A stretch of 64,000 bases of DNA from Burkholderiales bacterium. GTDB lineage: Bacteria > Patescibacteriota > Minisyncoccia > Phycocordibacterales > UBA9973. The notes under the pieces were generated by a model. The model was not told the origin of the DNA. It saw nothing but the letters and a program-made list of their open reading frames with translations, and searched no databases. Positions 28,273 to 37,836 of this stretch are shown here, in pieces (position 1 is the first letter of the stretch; each line of letters begins with the position of its first letter). Position numbers and translations under genes: made by a program. The stretch is taken from positions 177,167 to 241,166 of the forward strand of contig JAMPXW010000002.1 of assembly GCA_023701005.1 (NCBI GenBank). Direction: 5' to 3'.

Positions 28273-29967
28273 TTATTTCTTTTTATTAATACAAGCTTTG
28301 ATGAAGCTCGTAAATAAAGGATGAGGAGAAAGTGGACGAGCTAAAAATTCTGGATGAAATTGAGTACCCAAGAAGAATGGATGTTTAGATTTTGGAAGCT
28401 CTGCTATCTCCATCAAATGTCCGTCTGGAGAACGTCCTGAGAAAACTAAACCTTTGGCTTCCAAATCACCTATAAAAGAAGGATTCACTTCATAACGATG
28501 TCTGTGACGCTCAGTCACAAAGGCCGGTCCTTTTTTAAAATCTTTTAAGGACCGGCCTTGAAGGGAGGAGGCGTAAGATTCCTTTGCTATCGTGCCTTCG
28601 CGAAGGAGTGCTTTGTATTCACCTAAACGCATAGAACCTCCGTAAGAATTTCTCTTCAAAATCTCTTTTTGAGATTCCATCACATCAATAACGAGATTTT
28701 TAGAATTAGGATTAACTTCTTTTGTATTTGCATCTTTCAAACCCAAAATATTTCTAGCATATTCGATGACTATCATTTGCATTCCATAACAAAGACCAAA
28801 ATAAGGAATCTTATTTTCGCGAGCAAATTTGATAACACTTAGATTGCCCTCTACTCCGCGAGAGCCGAAACCACCTGGAATTATTATCCCATCATATTTT
28901 TTAAGATCTTTTAATTTAGCTGGATTCTTTTCAAAATCAGTAGAATTGAGCCAAGTCATCACTGGCTTTCTATTTTGTAGATAACTAGAATATTTCAAAG
29001 CTTCAATAACAGAAAGATAGGAATCTGATAATATAAAATCTCCTGTCTCAAAATATTTTCCTATCATCGCTATCTTCACGACTTCTTTTCCATTGTGTGC
29101 ATGTTTGGCAAAATCTTTCCATTTCTTCCATGCTTTATCATCAGCTTTTTTTGTTTTAATATTTAAAATCTCACAAAGCTTCTCTGAAAGTTTTTCTTTT
29201 TCAAAATTTATAGGAATATCATAAATACTATCTACATCTGGAGCAGAGATGACATTACTTGGATGCACATTACAGAAAAGAGAAATCTTTTCTTTCCTTT
29301 TGTCATCTAAGCTCGAAGATGCTCTGGCTATCAGTATATCTGGCTGGATACCTGAAGCATTCAATGTCCTCACTGCATTTTGGGTTGGTTTCGTTTTCAT
29401 TTCACCTATCTTTTGAGGTGTAGGCAAAAATGAAACCATCACAAAAGCTGTATTCTTTGGATTTTCTAATTTCAACATTCTGGCTGCTTCCAAGAAAAGC
29501 ATATTTTGATATTCACCAACAGTTCCACCGACTTCAATGACGACGACATCTGCAGAAGCATTTTTCCCTGCTTCTTTAATTCTTCCTATTACTTCAAGAG
29601 GAATATGAGGAACAACTTCTACACATTTACCTTTATATTCAAGATTTCTTTCTTTTTCTATAACTGATTTATAGACACGCCCCGTCGTCATATAATTCAA
29701 ACGAGTCAAATTGATATCAAGGAATCTTTCATAGTTGCCCATGTCTTGGTCTGTCTCATCTCCATCTTTCAAAACAAAAACCTCACCGTGTTCTGTGGGG
29801 TTCATAGTACCTGCATCTACATTTATGTATGGATCTATCTTTATTGATGTCACATTCAATCCACGATTCTTTAATATGAGGCCAAGAGAAGAAGAAGTAA
29901 TACCCTTTCCGACTCCAGAAATAACTCCCCCTACTACAAATATGTATTTTGTTTCTTTTTTTGTCAT
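28273..29967 (-). CDS. pyrG: CTP synthase
   Basis: MTKKETKYIFVVGGVISGVGKGITSSSLGLIL...GHYERFL-like, full-length 564 aa with C-terminal glutamine amidotransferase (GFGSRG, HPEF). Confidence 0.95.
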   Translation of the reverse strand: MTKKETKYIFVVGGVISGVGKGITSSSLGLILKNRGLNVTSIKIDPYINVDAGTMNPTEHGEVFVLKDGDETDQDMGNYERFLDINLTRLNYMTTGRVYKSVIEKERNLEYKGKCVEVVPHIPLEVIGRIKEAGKNASADVVVIEVGGTVGEYQNMLFLEAARMLKLENPKNTAFVMVSFLPTPQKIGEMKTKPTQNAVRTLNASGIQPDILIARASSSLDDKRKEKISLFCNVHPSNVISAPDVDSIYDIPINFEKEKLSEKLCEILNIKTKKADDKAWKKWKDFAKHAHNGKEVVKIAMIGKYFETGDFILSDSYLSVIEALKYSSYLQNRKPVMTWLNSTDFEKNPAKLKDLKKYDGIIIPGGFGSRGVEGNLSVIKFARENKIPYFGLCYGMQMIVIEYARNILGLKDANTKEVNPNSKNLVIDVMESQKEILKRNSYGGSMRLGEYKALLREGTIAKESYASSLQGRSLKDFKKGPAFVTERHRHRYEVNPSFIGDLEAKGLVFSGRSPDGHLMEIAELPKSKHPFFLGTQFHPEFLARPLSPHPLFTSFIKACINKKK

Positions 29968-29993
29968 TATTTATTTTTTAAATTAAAATAAAA

Positions 29994-30917
29994 TTATTTA
30001 TTTAAATATTTTCTAATCGCTATTAAACTTGAAATAATACCCAATGAAACTCCTGACAATAAAATAATCACAGTAATTTGAAATAAATTTGAAACATAAT
30101 AACTAAAAATATTCATACCCAGAAAGTTCGTCATGGTGCGTCCGAGATAAATAGTCGTTGGAATAAACAAAAGGATAGTTATGATTGTAGCAATGGCCCC
30201 ATATATAGCACCCTCTACCATAAATGGACCTCTCACTCTCATTTTACTAGCTCCGACTAAACGCATCACACTTATTTCTTCTTTAGATATAAATATAGCT
30301 AATCTTATGGTGTTGAAAGTGACAATTATAGAAATGACGATGAGAATTAGAGTGACTAAAAATCCTAATTTTTGTGCTCCTGAAATAATATTATTTAATC
30401 TATCTATTACAATTTTATTTTGATGGTAATTTATTTTATCTACAATAGAAGCAGAACCTAAAACTAAAGCATTATCACCTTTCAAGAAGTTAGCGATACT
30501 TTCATATTGAGAAACTTCTTTGGCTTTCACATTTAAATACGCACCGAGTGGATTATCTTTTATCTCATCTAAGGCTTGAATAGTAGGATAATCACTCTCA
30601 TGACGTTCACGGAAGAGACGCAATGCTTCTTCTGCACTAACATAAGAAACTTCCTTTACTTCTGGGAGATTTTCTAATGATCCTTTTAGTGACAATATCT
30701 TATCCTCCGGAGCTTTAACATTAAAATAAATAGTTACATCTACTTTGTCTTTTATTTCATTAAGAGAAAAATTAAGTACTGCTTGCAAAAGTATAATACC
30801 AGTAATGACAGACAGAGTGATGGTGACGACGAGCACTGCTGCAAAAGAAACTAAACCACTTCTGGTAAAATTAAGAAATCCAGCCTTTATAACTCTTTTT
30901 AAATCAATCATCATCAT
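29994..30917 (-). CDS. ftsX: Cell-division ABC transporter permease FtsX-like
   Basis: 4-TM topology with large extracytoplasmic loop after TM1, FtsX-family C-terminal TM bundle; immediately downstream of ftsE. Confidence 0.75.
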   Translation of the reverse strand: MMMIDLKRVIKAGFLNFTRSGLVSFAAVLVVTITLSVITGIILLQAVLNFSLNEIKDKVDVTIYFNVKAPEDKILSLKGSLENLPEVKEVSYVSAEEALRLFRERHESDYPTIQALDEIKDNPLGAYLNVKAKEVSQYESIANFLKGDNALVLGSASIVDKINYHQNKIVIDRLNNIISGAQKLGFLVTLILIVISIIVTFNTIRLAIFISKEEISVMRLVGASKMRVRGPFMVEGAIYGAIATIITILLFIPTTIYLGRTMTNFLGMNIFSYYVSNLFQITVIILLSGVSLGIISSLIAIRKYLNK

Positions 30918-30926
30918 ATGTTTGGA

Positions 30927-31607
30927 TTATATAATATACTTACCACTCTTGTCATCTCTAATAACTTTACCCTTTTCCATTGTGATTACTCTCTTCTTTA
31001 TGGAATCGATAACTCCTCTGTTGTGCGTAGTCAGTATAACGGTCGTACCCAGATCATTAATCTTTTTCAAAATCTGAATTATTTCATAAGTATTAATTGC
31101 ATCTAGATTACCAGTAGGCTCGTCTGCGATAATGAGCTCCGGTTGATTGATGATGGCACGGGCTATAGCAAGACGTTGTTGTTCTCCACCAGACATCTGA
31201 TGAGGGAAATGATGCATTTTGTCCTTCAAATCTACAAGTTCTAATACATGGGGGACATCGCTCTCTATTTCTTCATTTGTTTTACCTACTGCTTCCATAG
31301 CAAAAGCTATGTTTTCGTAAGCTGTCTTATTTGAAAGCAACTTAAAATCTTGAAAAACCACCCCTATCCTTCTTCTTAAGTTAGTTAGATCTTTATTTTT
31401 AAGCTTAAATACATTTATAGACTCAAAAAACACCGTTCCTTCATTTGGAACATCGTCTGCTAAAATCATTTTGATAAGAGTCGTCTTTCCTGCGCCAGAA
31501 TGTCCTACTATGGATACAAATTCCCCTGCAGTGATGGTGAGAGTGACATCATCCAATGCCAAAGAATCTTTATTGTAAACTTTTGAAACATTATTAAAAT
31601 AAATCAC
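30927..31607 (-). CDS. ftsE: Cell-division ABC transporter ATP-binding protein FtsE
   Basis: Walker A GHSGAGKTT, ABC signature SGGEQQRLAIARAI, Walker B IIADEPTGNLD; 226 aa. Confidence 0.9.
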   Translation of the reverse strand: MIYFNNVSKVYNKDSLALDDVTLTITAGEFVSIVGHSGAGKTTLIKMILADDVPNEGTVFFESINVFKLKNKDLTNLRRRIGVVFQDFKLLSNKTAYENIAFAMEAVGKTNEEIESDVPHVLELVDLKDKMHHFPHQMSGGEQQRLAIARAIINQPELIIADEPTGNLDAINTYEIIQILKKINDLGTTVILTTHNRGVIDSIKKRVITMEKGKVIRDDKSGKYII

Positions 31608-31616
31608 CTCCCTATT

Positions 31617-32498
31617 TTAACATAGATCCTTTTCTGCTTCAATAAATAAATCTAAATCACCATCGAGTACTTCATCTACATTTGAAGTTTCAGCATTTGT
31701 ACGATGATCTTTGACCATTTTATATGGATGTAATACATAAGAACGTATCTGACTCCCCCATTCTATGTCTGTGCCATAATTTTTATTATATATTTCTTCT
31801 ATACTTTTTTGTTCTTCTTCTGCTTTTTTAAATATTTTAGCTAAAAGTATCGCCATCGCCCTTTCTCTGTTTTGTTCTTGAGATCTTTCTTCTGAAGAAT
31901 GTGCAGAAATATTTGTAGGAATATGTACCAACCTCACTGCCGTCTCTCTCTTGTTCACATTCTGACCACCAGGGCCACCTGAACGACTATATTCTATTTT
32001 TATATCTGCTGGTGGAATATTAAAATCTTTTTCTTCTAATTTTGAAAATTTTGGCAATACTTCCACAAGAGAAAAAGAGGTGTGCCTCAACTTTTTCGCA
32101 TTAAAAGGAGAAATCCGCACCAATCGATGCACTCCTCCTTCGTTCTTTAACATTCCATAAACATTTTTACCTTTTATTTCAAAAGAAACATTTCTGTAAC
32201 CACCATGATCATTCTTATGTTCATGAATAAAAAATATTTCCCAAGCATTCTTGCTAGCATATTTCATGTACATATTTAAAAGCATAGAAGAAAAATCTTC
32301 TGCATCATCTCCTCCAGCACCAGATACTATCGTAACAATTGCATTGCCTTTATCATATTTTTTTGCACCAACAATCTTGTCTTTTAATTCTGCAATTCTT
32401 TTTAAAGTTGCTTGAGCTTTATTCTTGTCATTCCAAAAATCAACTTCCTGCATCTGCTTCTCTAAATTTTTTATTTCATTTTCTAAATCATTGTTCAT
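31617..32498 (-). CDS. prfB: Peptide chain release factor 2 (compact, 293 aa, no programmed frameshift)
   Basis: GGQ motif (SGGPGGQNVNKRETAVRLVHIPT) and SPF tripeptide (RISPFNAKK), diagnostic of RF2 rather than RF1; single uninterrupted ORF. Confidence 0.85.
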   Translation of the reverse strand: MNNDLENEIKNLEKQMQEVDFWNDKNKAQATLKRIAELKDKIVGAKKYDKGNAIVTIVSGAGGDDAEDFSSMLLNMYMKYASKNAWEIFFIHEHKNDHGGYRNVSFEIKGKNVYGMLKNEGGVHRLVRISPFNAKKLRHTSFSLVEVLPKFSKLEEKDFNIPPADIKIEYSRSGGPGGQNVNKRETAVRLVHIPTNISAHSSEERSQEQNRERAMAILLAKIFKKAEEEQKSIEEIYNKNYGTDIEWGSQIRSYVLHPYKMVKDHRTNAETSNVDEVLDGDLDLFIEAEKDLC

Positions 32499-32500
32499 AA

Positions 32501-33538
32501 TTATATATTTTTTATTTTTGGGAAAAATTTTGCTGGAAGATGTTCAAAATAATCATCGACATAAGGAGCCATCGAATCACAGGCCAAAAAACAACAAACT
32601 ATTTCTCCATTTTTATTTTTTAAATCTTTTAATTTATTTTTCTTTTTGTATTCTTTCAACTTTTGCAATATCGCTGCCAATTGCATGCCGGTCGAAGGGC
32701 CGACAAAAAGACCCAACCTTATGAGCTCCAGACTTTTCTCGAAAGCAGGCTGTGATGACATAGGCACTACTTCATCTACTACCTTTTTCCAATCAATACC
32801 TAATTTATGAATCATCACTTCATTTCTAGGGCCAGGGATAGAATGACCTTTTTTGATAGCCGTGCCTACTACTTTTATATTAGGATTCTTTTCTTTTAAA
32901 AAACCCCCAGCACCCACAATAGTGCCAGCAGTACCTATAGTAGAGACAAAAATAGAAAGCTTTTCCCCAAATTGATGCCACAATTCTTTACCTATATATT
33001 CTCTAGAAGATTCTACATTCCCAGGATTAATATATTGATGTAGATTATGCCAACCCTTTTTACTACCCAATTTTTTAGCATCACAAATACCACCATCACC
33101 ACCAAATACCTCTGGGCAAGGGTCACCATGAGATATCAAAAGATTTGTACCAACAAGCTGCAACATTCTCTTTTTGTGTTCTGGCACATCAGAAGTGATG
33201 ATCGCGTGCATTTTAGGTATACCAAAATATTGAGACAATATTGTGAGAGATAGGGCGGTGTTGCCAGAAGAATACTCTACTAAATTTTTTATTTTTGAAA
33301 GTTTATTTTTTTCTATATTAGAAAGCATCATGTATGATGGCAAAGATTTTATATTTCCTAGAGGAGCAGAGTGGACGAGCTTCACAAAAATTCTAACTTT
33401 ATCTTTTTTAAAAGGATTTAGAGAAGATGGTAATTCTACTATTGAAGTCATTCCAAAATTTTTCGGCAAAAGAAAAGATCTTATCGCATCTTCTCCTTCG
33501 TAAACTTTTTTATTATTTTTTATTTCATTTTTTTTCAT
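32501..33538 (-). CDS. PLP-dependent fold-type II enzyme (cysteine synthase/CBS-like family)
   Basis: SSGNTALSLT (PLP-Lys region analog) and Gly-rich loop GTAGTIVGAG typical of the tryptophan-synthase-beta/cysteine-synthase superfamily. Confidence 0.65.
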   Translation of the reverse strand: MKKNEIKNNKKVYEGEDAIRSFLLPKNFGMTSIVELPSSLNPFKKDKVRIFVKLVHSAPLGNIKSLPSYMMLSNIEKNKLSKIKNLVEYSSGNTALSLTILSQYFGIPKMHAIITSDVPEHKKRMLQLVGTNLLISHGDPCPEVFGGDGGICDAKKLGSKKGWHNLHQYINPGNVESSREYIGKELWHQFGEKLSIFVSTIGTAGTIVGAGGFLKEKNPNIKVVGTAIKKGHSIPGPRNEVMIHKLGIDWKKVVDEVVPMSSQPAFEKSLELIRLGLFVGPSTGMQLAAILQKLKEYKKKNKLKDLKNKNGEIVCCFLACDSMAPYVDDYFEHLPAKFFPKIKNI

Positions 33539-33539
33539 G

Positions 33540-33612
33540 AGCCACCCCCGAGGATCGAACTCGGGACCCCGTCTTTACGAAAGACGTGCTCTACCAACTG
33601 AGCTAGGGTGGC
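33540..33612 (-). tRNA. tRNA-Thr (anticodon CGU)
   Basis: Reverse-complement folds as GCCACCC-TA-GCTC-AGTTGGTA-GAGC-A-CGTCT-TTCGTAA-AGACG-GGGTC-CCGAG-TTCGATC-CTCGG-GGGTGGC-T. Confidence 0.85.
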
Positions 33613-33623
33613 ACCCTTTCTAG

Positions 33624-33696
33624 AGCCGTTGCGCGGGATTGAACCGCGGACCTCGATATTACCAATATCGTGCTCTACCAACTGAGCTACAACGGC
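33624..33696 (-). tRNA. tRNA-Thr (anticodon GGU)
   Basis: Reverse-complement folds as GCCGTTG-TA-GCTC-AGTTGGTA-GAGC-A-CGATA-TTGGTAA-TATCG-AGGTC-CGCGG-TTCAATC-CCGCG-CAACGGC-T. Confidence 0.85.
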
Positions 33697-33740
33697 TTAA
33701 CATTTTTAAAAAACAATTCCCTATTTATATTAGTTTATCC

Positions 33741-33772
33741 CCACACCTTTTACAAGTGAAAGGTGTGGGGAT
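33741..33772. other. Stable hairpin CCCCACACCTT-ttacaagtga-AAGGTGTGGGG upstream of tRNA pair; function unknown (terminator/processing signal)
   Basis: 11-bp perfect inverted repeat read directly; followed by DnaA-box-like TGTGGATAA-GGTGGATAA at 33839..33856. Confidence 0.4.
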
Positions 33773-33931
33773 TTATTTTAAATAATTTTGCAAAAAAAAT
33801 CTTTGCAAATAAATACCAAAAATAAAAACAGTGGAAAGTGTGGATAAGGTGGATAAATGAGCTTTATTAAAAAAATAAAAAAATATATAATCTATTTAAC
33901 AAATTAATATTTAAAAAAATTAAATAAAAAA

Positions 33932-34582
33932 ATGGAAACAAAAATAAAAATTAATAAGAAAGTTGTAGTCGGAATATTTGTACTAGCATTCTTTCTTGTC
34001 GTCCAGTTTTATTCTCTCATCGAAACAGCCATCGCAGCTTCTGCTACAGACAATGTCATCGTCACTCTTGATGTCACTTCTGGTATCACTATCTCTGACG
34101 GAGCAGCTGTCACCATGGCACCAAATCTAGGTATCGCCGCAGACCAATCTATCGGCACCTCATCTTGGCTCGTCAAAACAAACGCTGTCAATGGATACAC
34201 TCTCGCTGTCAAAGCTTCTGCTTCTCCTGCTCTCGTAAGTGGAGCAAACAGCTTTGCTGATTACACTGAAGGTACTCCTGGAACTCCAGATGTATGGAAC
34301 GTACCATCCGGCAGTAAAGAATTTGGATATTCTGCATATGGAACAGACACTCCCACAGCTACTTGGGGTACAGGAGCTTCTTGTGGAGCTGCTGGAGTAC
34401 CTACAGCAACTTTAAAATATGATGGATTCACTACTTCTGATAACACAATAGCTACTAGAGCTACTGTCACTCCTACTACAGGAATAACAACGACAATTTG
34501 TTTTGCTGCTGAACAAGATACAGTGTATGCCCCTTCTGGAACCTACACAGCTACCATCACAGCTACTGCAACAACATTGTAA
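33932..34582 (+). CDS. Secreted Thr/Ala/Gly-rich surface protein, WxL-domain-like
   Basis: Signal-anchor then TSSWLVKTNAVNGYTL (WxL-like motif); composition and size (216 aa) resemble Firmicutes WxL cell-surface proteins; locally elevated GC. Confidence 0.5.
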   Translation: METKIKINKKVVVGIFVLAFFLVVQFYSLIETAIAASATDNVIVTLDVTSGITISDGAAVTMAPNLGIAADQSIGTSSWLVKTNAVNGYTLAVKASASPALVSGANSFADYTEGTPGTPDVWNVPSGSKEFGYSAYGTDTPTATWGTGASCGAAGVPTATLKYDGFTTSDNTIATRATVTPTTGITTTICFAAEQDTVYAPSGTYTATITATATTL

Positions 34583-34612
34583 TTTTCAGTTACCCACATA
34601 TTAAATATCAAA

Positions 34613-35575
34613 ATGAAAAAACTTTTTTATATAATCGCCATATCAATGATCTTTGGTACTGTCATAGCGCCAAAGTTTTCTTTGGCGTTTCAGAAGAGCA
34701 AAATGGAGATGGTTCCTCAAAATGATTTCGTCGTAGAGCCAGGTAAAACCGAAGTTTTCTTAAACCCTGGAGACAATATGGTGAAAAATATTACCATTAC
34801 TAATCGTATAAACAAAACAGTTAGATTCAAATTGACCACCGAAGACTTCGTCGGGACAAATGATCCCAAACAACCTGTCCTTCTTTTAGGAGATGATCAC
34901 AGTCCATATTCTTTAAAAGATTTTATCGTTCCTGAAATACAAGAATTTTCTCTAGAACTTGGAGAAAAGATAACTATTCCTATCACCATATCCGTACCTA
35001 CAAATGCAGAACCAAGAGGATATTATGGGGCTTTGATTGTTTCTAATGACCCAGATAAACTCGAAGGTGAAAACTCTCAAGAAATAGAAGGTAAAACGAG
35101 AATCATTTCTAGAATAGGTTCTTTATTTTTACTCAAAATAAATGGTGAAGGAAAAGAAGAAGGAAATATTGAAGAATTTAAATTGATAGGCCCAGAACAA
35201 ACTTTCTACAGTGAAAGACCAGAAGGTTTTGAAATCGCATACAAAAATACAGGTAATGTGCACCTTGTCCCCTATGGAACGATCGCTATCAAAAATATTT
35301 TTGGGAAAATAGTAAAGACATTACCAGTAGATGCTTATTTTGTTCTTCCAGATTCTATAAGATATAGAGAAATAAAATGGGAGGATGGTTTTAGCTTAGG
35401 AAGATATACTGCGAATATACATCTAAACAAAGGCTACAATAATGAATATCAAGATATGAAACTAGCATTTTGGGTAATACCTTGGAAGATACTGATAATC
35501 GCCTTCATAGCTCTGGCTCTCATAATAGGCGCTCTATATTATCTCTTGACGCGGTTTGAATTAAGAAAAAAGTAA
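34613..35575 (+). CDS. Membrane-anchored surface protein, DUF916 + DUF3324-like architecture (WxL-locus partner)
   Basis: Signal peptide, beta-rich ectodomain, C-terminal TM helix + basic tail (ILIIAFIALALIIGALYYLLTRFELRKK), as in DUF916/DUF3324 proteins encoded beside WxL proteins. Confidence 0.5.
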   Translation: MKKLFYIIAISMIFGTVIAPKFSLAFQKSKMEMVPQNDFVVEPGKTEVFLNPGDNMVKNITITNRINKTVRFKLTTEDFVGTNDPKQPVLLLGDDHSPYSLKDFIVPEIQEFSLELGEKITIPITISVPTNAEPRGYYGALIVSNDPDKLEGENSQEIEGKTRIISRIGSLFLLKINGEGKEEGNIEEFKLIGPEQTFYSERPEGFEIAYKNTGNVHLVPYGTIAIKNIFGKIVKTLPVDAYFVLPDSIRYREIKWEDGFSLGRYTANIHLNKGYNNEYQDMKLAFWVIPWKILIIAFIALALIIGALYYLLTRFELRKK

Positions 35576-35578
35576 AAA

Positions 35579-36355
35579 ATGAAAAATATAATTCCATCTT
35601 TTCAAAAGAAAAGAAGTATTATGACATTCCTCTTTTTGCTCTTACTCATAATACCTCTATATAAAATATTTGCTGAAACAATGCAAAGCAACACATATCG
35701 TATCATGTCTGATACTGTAAATGTCGGCGGTACTGATGTGTCGGGTTCTACAAATTATAATCTAGGAGACACATTAGGAGAGATAGGTACGGGAGATTCA
35801 AATAGTGCAAATTATTTTTTACGTGCTGGTTTTTGGCAAATGCAAGAAAGCTATATCGCTCTATCTAGCCCTTCTGATTTGGCCCTCACCCCGATAGGTG
35901 GGATAAATGGTGAAGGAAGTGAAGGCACGATGTCTTGGACAGTCACCACAGATAATTTTGCAGGATATAGCATGAGTATAAATGTGACGAGTGTCCCCGC
36001 TTTGAGATCAGTCACTGATTCTTTTGATGATTATACACCCGCTTCTTCAGATCCTGATTATAATTTTTCAATAGCTTCAACGACTTCGGAATTCGGATTT
36101 TCTCCTGAAGGAGTAGACACTTCTGCCAGATTTAAAGATAATGGAGCATCTTGTAATGTAGGAACAAACGAAACACAAGCAAAATGTTGGGATGGTCTTT
36201 CTGTCTCTCCTAAAACAATATTTCAAAGGACTACGAGTAATCAGACAAGCGGGAGCACAGCCACTGTACGATTCAGAGCAGAATCTGGCGCAAATCATAT
36301 ACAGACATCAGGTAGCTATTCTGCCCCAATTATCGTAACAGCTGTCACACTATAA
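35579..36355 (+). CDS. Second secreted WxL-like Ser/Thr-rich surface protein (258 aa)
   Basis: Signal peptide; EGTMSWTVTTDNFAGYSM (WxL-like motif); 4 nt after previous stop, 1 nt before next start (operon). Confidence 0.5.
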   Translation: MKNIIPSFQKKRSIMTFLFLLLLIIPLYKIFAETMQSNTYRIMSDTVNVGGTDVSGSTNYNLGDTLGEIGTGDSNSANYFLRAGFWQMQESYIALSSPSDLALTPIGGINGEGSEGTMSWTVTTDNFAGYSMSINVTSVPALRSVTDSFDDYTPASSDPDYNFSIASTTSEFGFSPEGVDTSARFKDNGASCNVGTNETQAKCWDGLSVSPKTIFQRTTSNQTSGSTATVRFRAESGANHIQTSGSYSAPIIVTAVTL

Positions 36356-36356
36356 A

Positions 36357-37796
36357 ATGAAAAATATAAAGAGAACAACTTTATCTTTTATTGCAATAAT
36401 TCTATTTAATATTAATATCTCCTCTGTTTTAGCTCAAAATAACTCAATACAGGTAGAATTAGGTGTAATCGGCTGTAATAACAATGGGATATGTGAAGTC
36501 GGAGAATCTATAGCTTCTTGTCCAGTCGACTGTGCTGTCGTCATACCTCCACAACCCCCTGAAGCTCCTGGAAGTGTCGCTTTTCCTCAAGACATAGTCA
36601 TTCTCAATTTGGCTATACAACCAAATTTTACGAATGCTTTTATAACCTGGAACAGTTCTGAAAGTGCAATAAGCACTATAAGATGGGGTGAAACTACAGA
36701 AGTGAGAGAAGGAACGTTAAAAAGTATTGTTTATGCTTTAAATCACAAAGTAGAGTTGATAAACCTTAAGCCAGGAACAATGTATTACTTCACGATCGAG
36801 AGTACTGGAGTAAATGGCAAAAACAGTACTCACCCACCTACTTATTTCTTTACTAAATTTCCAAAAGACACTACCCTCCCTTCAAACCCTCGTAATGTAA
36901 AAACATTTGCTGATATAAATGGAATAACTTTGACCTGGGAAAATCCTAATGAGGAAAATTTTTCATATGTGCGTATTATGCGACACGAAGACAGATTTAG
37001 AGGAAATCCATATTTAGGTAAATTAATTTATGAAGGAGATGAAGAAAGATTTTTAGATAAAAATGTCATACCGGGCAAAAAATATTTTTATACTTTATTT
37101 TCTAGGGATATAAATAAAAACTTTTCTTCTGGAGTTGCTGTTTCTGAAACAGCTTATTTAAAAAATAAATTACCTCCTGTAAAAGAAGAACCTACCGAAA
37201 AACCAATTGAGACAAAAAAGGAAGAAGACATCGTCACTCCATCAAAAGAAAAAGAAACAAAAAAAAACACCACCCCACTCCAACCAAACATTGGAGTACC
37301 CCTCCTTGATAAAGGAGGGGTAAAAAAGAGTGATATCGCTTTTTTTGTACATCAATACAATCAAGTTGTCGAAGAACTTTTGCCTAATAAAAAAATAATT
37401 ATAGATGGAAACAAAAGTACTATCGTAGATACTGATTCAAAAACTTTAGCTGATGACTTTTTAAATGTGTTTGACGAAAACAAAAAATTAATTGCTCAAT
37501 ATTTATTCTCTTTCAATAAAGATAGTATGCGCTATCAAAGTGTGATCTCTCCCCTAGAAAAACCGGGAACATATTTCATAGAAATTTTTAGATATAGAGA
37601 AAATATTTTAACAAAAATAGCTGAGGGAACTCTTTTTGTGGAAGGAAATTTCATCGCAAAAAATGAAAAATCTGTAAACAATTTTCAATATATTTATGAA
37701 AATTACTTTTTATATATATTAATTCTACTTCTAACACTATTTTTAATAATTGTCTATCTCCTCTTGAGACGAAAAAAGCAAGAAAAACAAGGCTAA
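36357..37796 (+). CDS. Surface protein with fibronectin type-III-like domains, Lys/Glu/Pro-rich linker and C-terminal TM anchor
   Basis: Signal peptide; FTNAFITWNSSESAISTIRWGETTE...YYFTIEST and NPRNVKTFADINGITLTWENP...YVRIMRHE (two FN3/PAP-N-like beta-sandwich signatures); C-terminal YILILLLTLFLIIVYLLLRRKKQEKQG. Confidence 0.6.
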   Translation: MKNIKRTTLSFIAIILFNINISSVLAQNNSIQVELGVIGCNNNGICEVGESIASCPVDCAVVIPPQPPEAPGSVAFPQDIVILNLAIQPNFTNAFITWNSSESAISTIRWGETTEVREGTLKSIVYALNHKVELINLKPGTMYYFTIESTGVNGKNSTHPPTYFFTKFPKDTTLPSNPRNVKTFADINGITLTWENPNEENFSYVRIMRHEDRFRGNPYLGKLIYEGDEERFLDKNVIPGKKYFYTLFSRDINKNFSSGVAVSETAYLKNKLPPVKEEPTEKPIETKKEEDIVTPSKEKETKKNTTPLQPNIGVPLLDKGGVKKSDIAFFVHQYNQVVEELLPNKKIIIDGNKSTIVDTDSKTLADDFLNVFDENKKLIAQYLFSFNKDSMRYQSVISPLEKPGTYFIEIFRYRENILTKIAEGTLFVEGNFIAKNEKSVNNFQYIYENYFLYILILLLTLFLIIVYLLLRRKKQEKQG

Positions 37797-37818
37797 AAAA
37801 CCACCAATTTTGTAAAAA

Positions 37819-37836
37819 TGTAAGGGCCGTCCTTAC
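37819..37836 (+). terminator. Hairpin GTAAGG-gccgt-CCTTAC after the surface-protein operon (weak T-tract)
   Basis: Read directly 23 nt after the stop of 36357..37796. Confidence 0.35.

Noticed and set aside
31617-32498. Programmed +1 frameshift in prfB
   Set aside because: The RF2 ORF is continuous from an N-terminal Met with conserved N-terminal helix residues. No CUU UGA C site or upstream short ORF-0 is visible.
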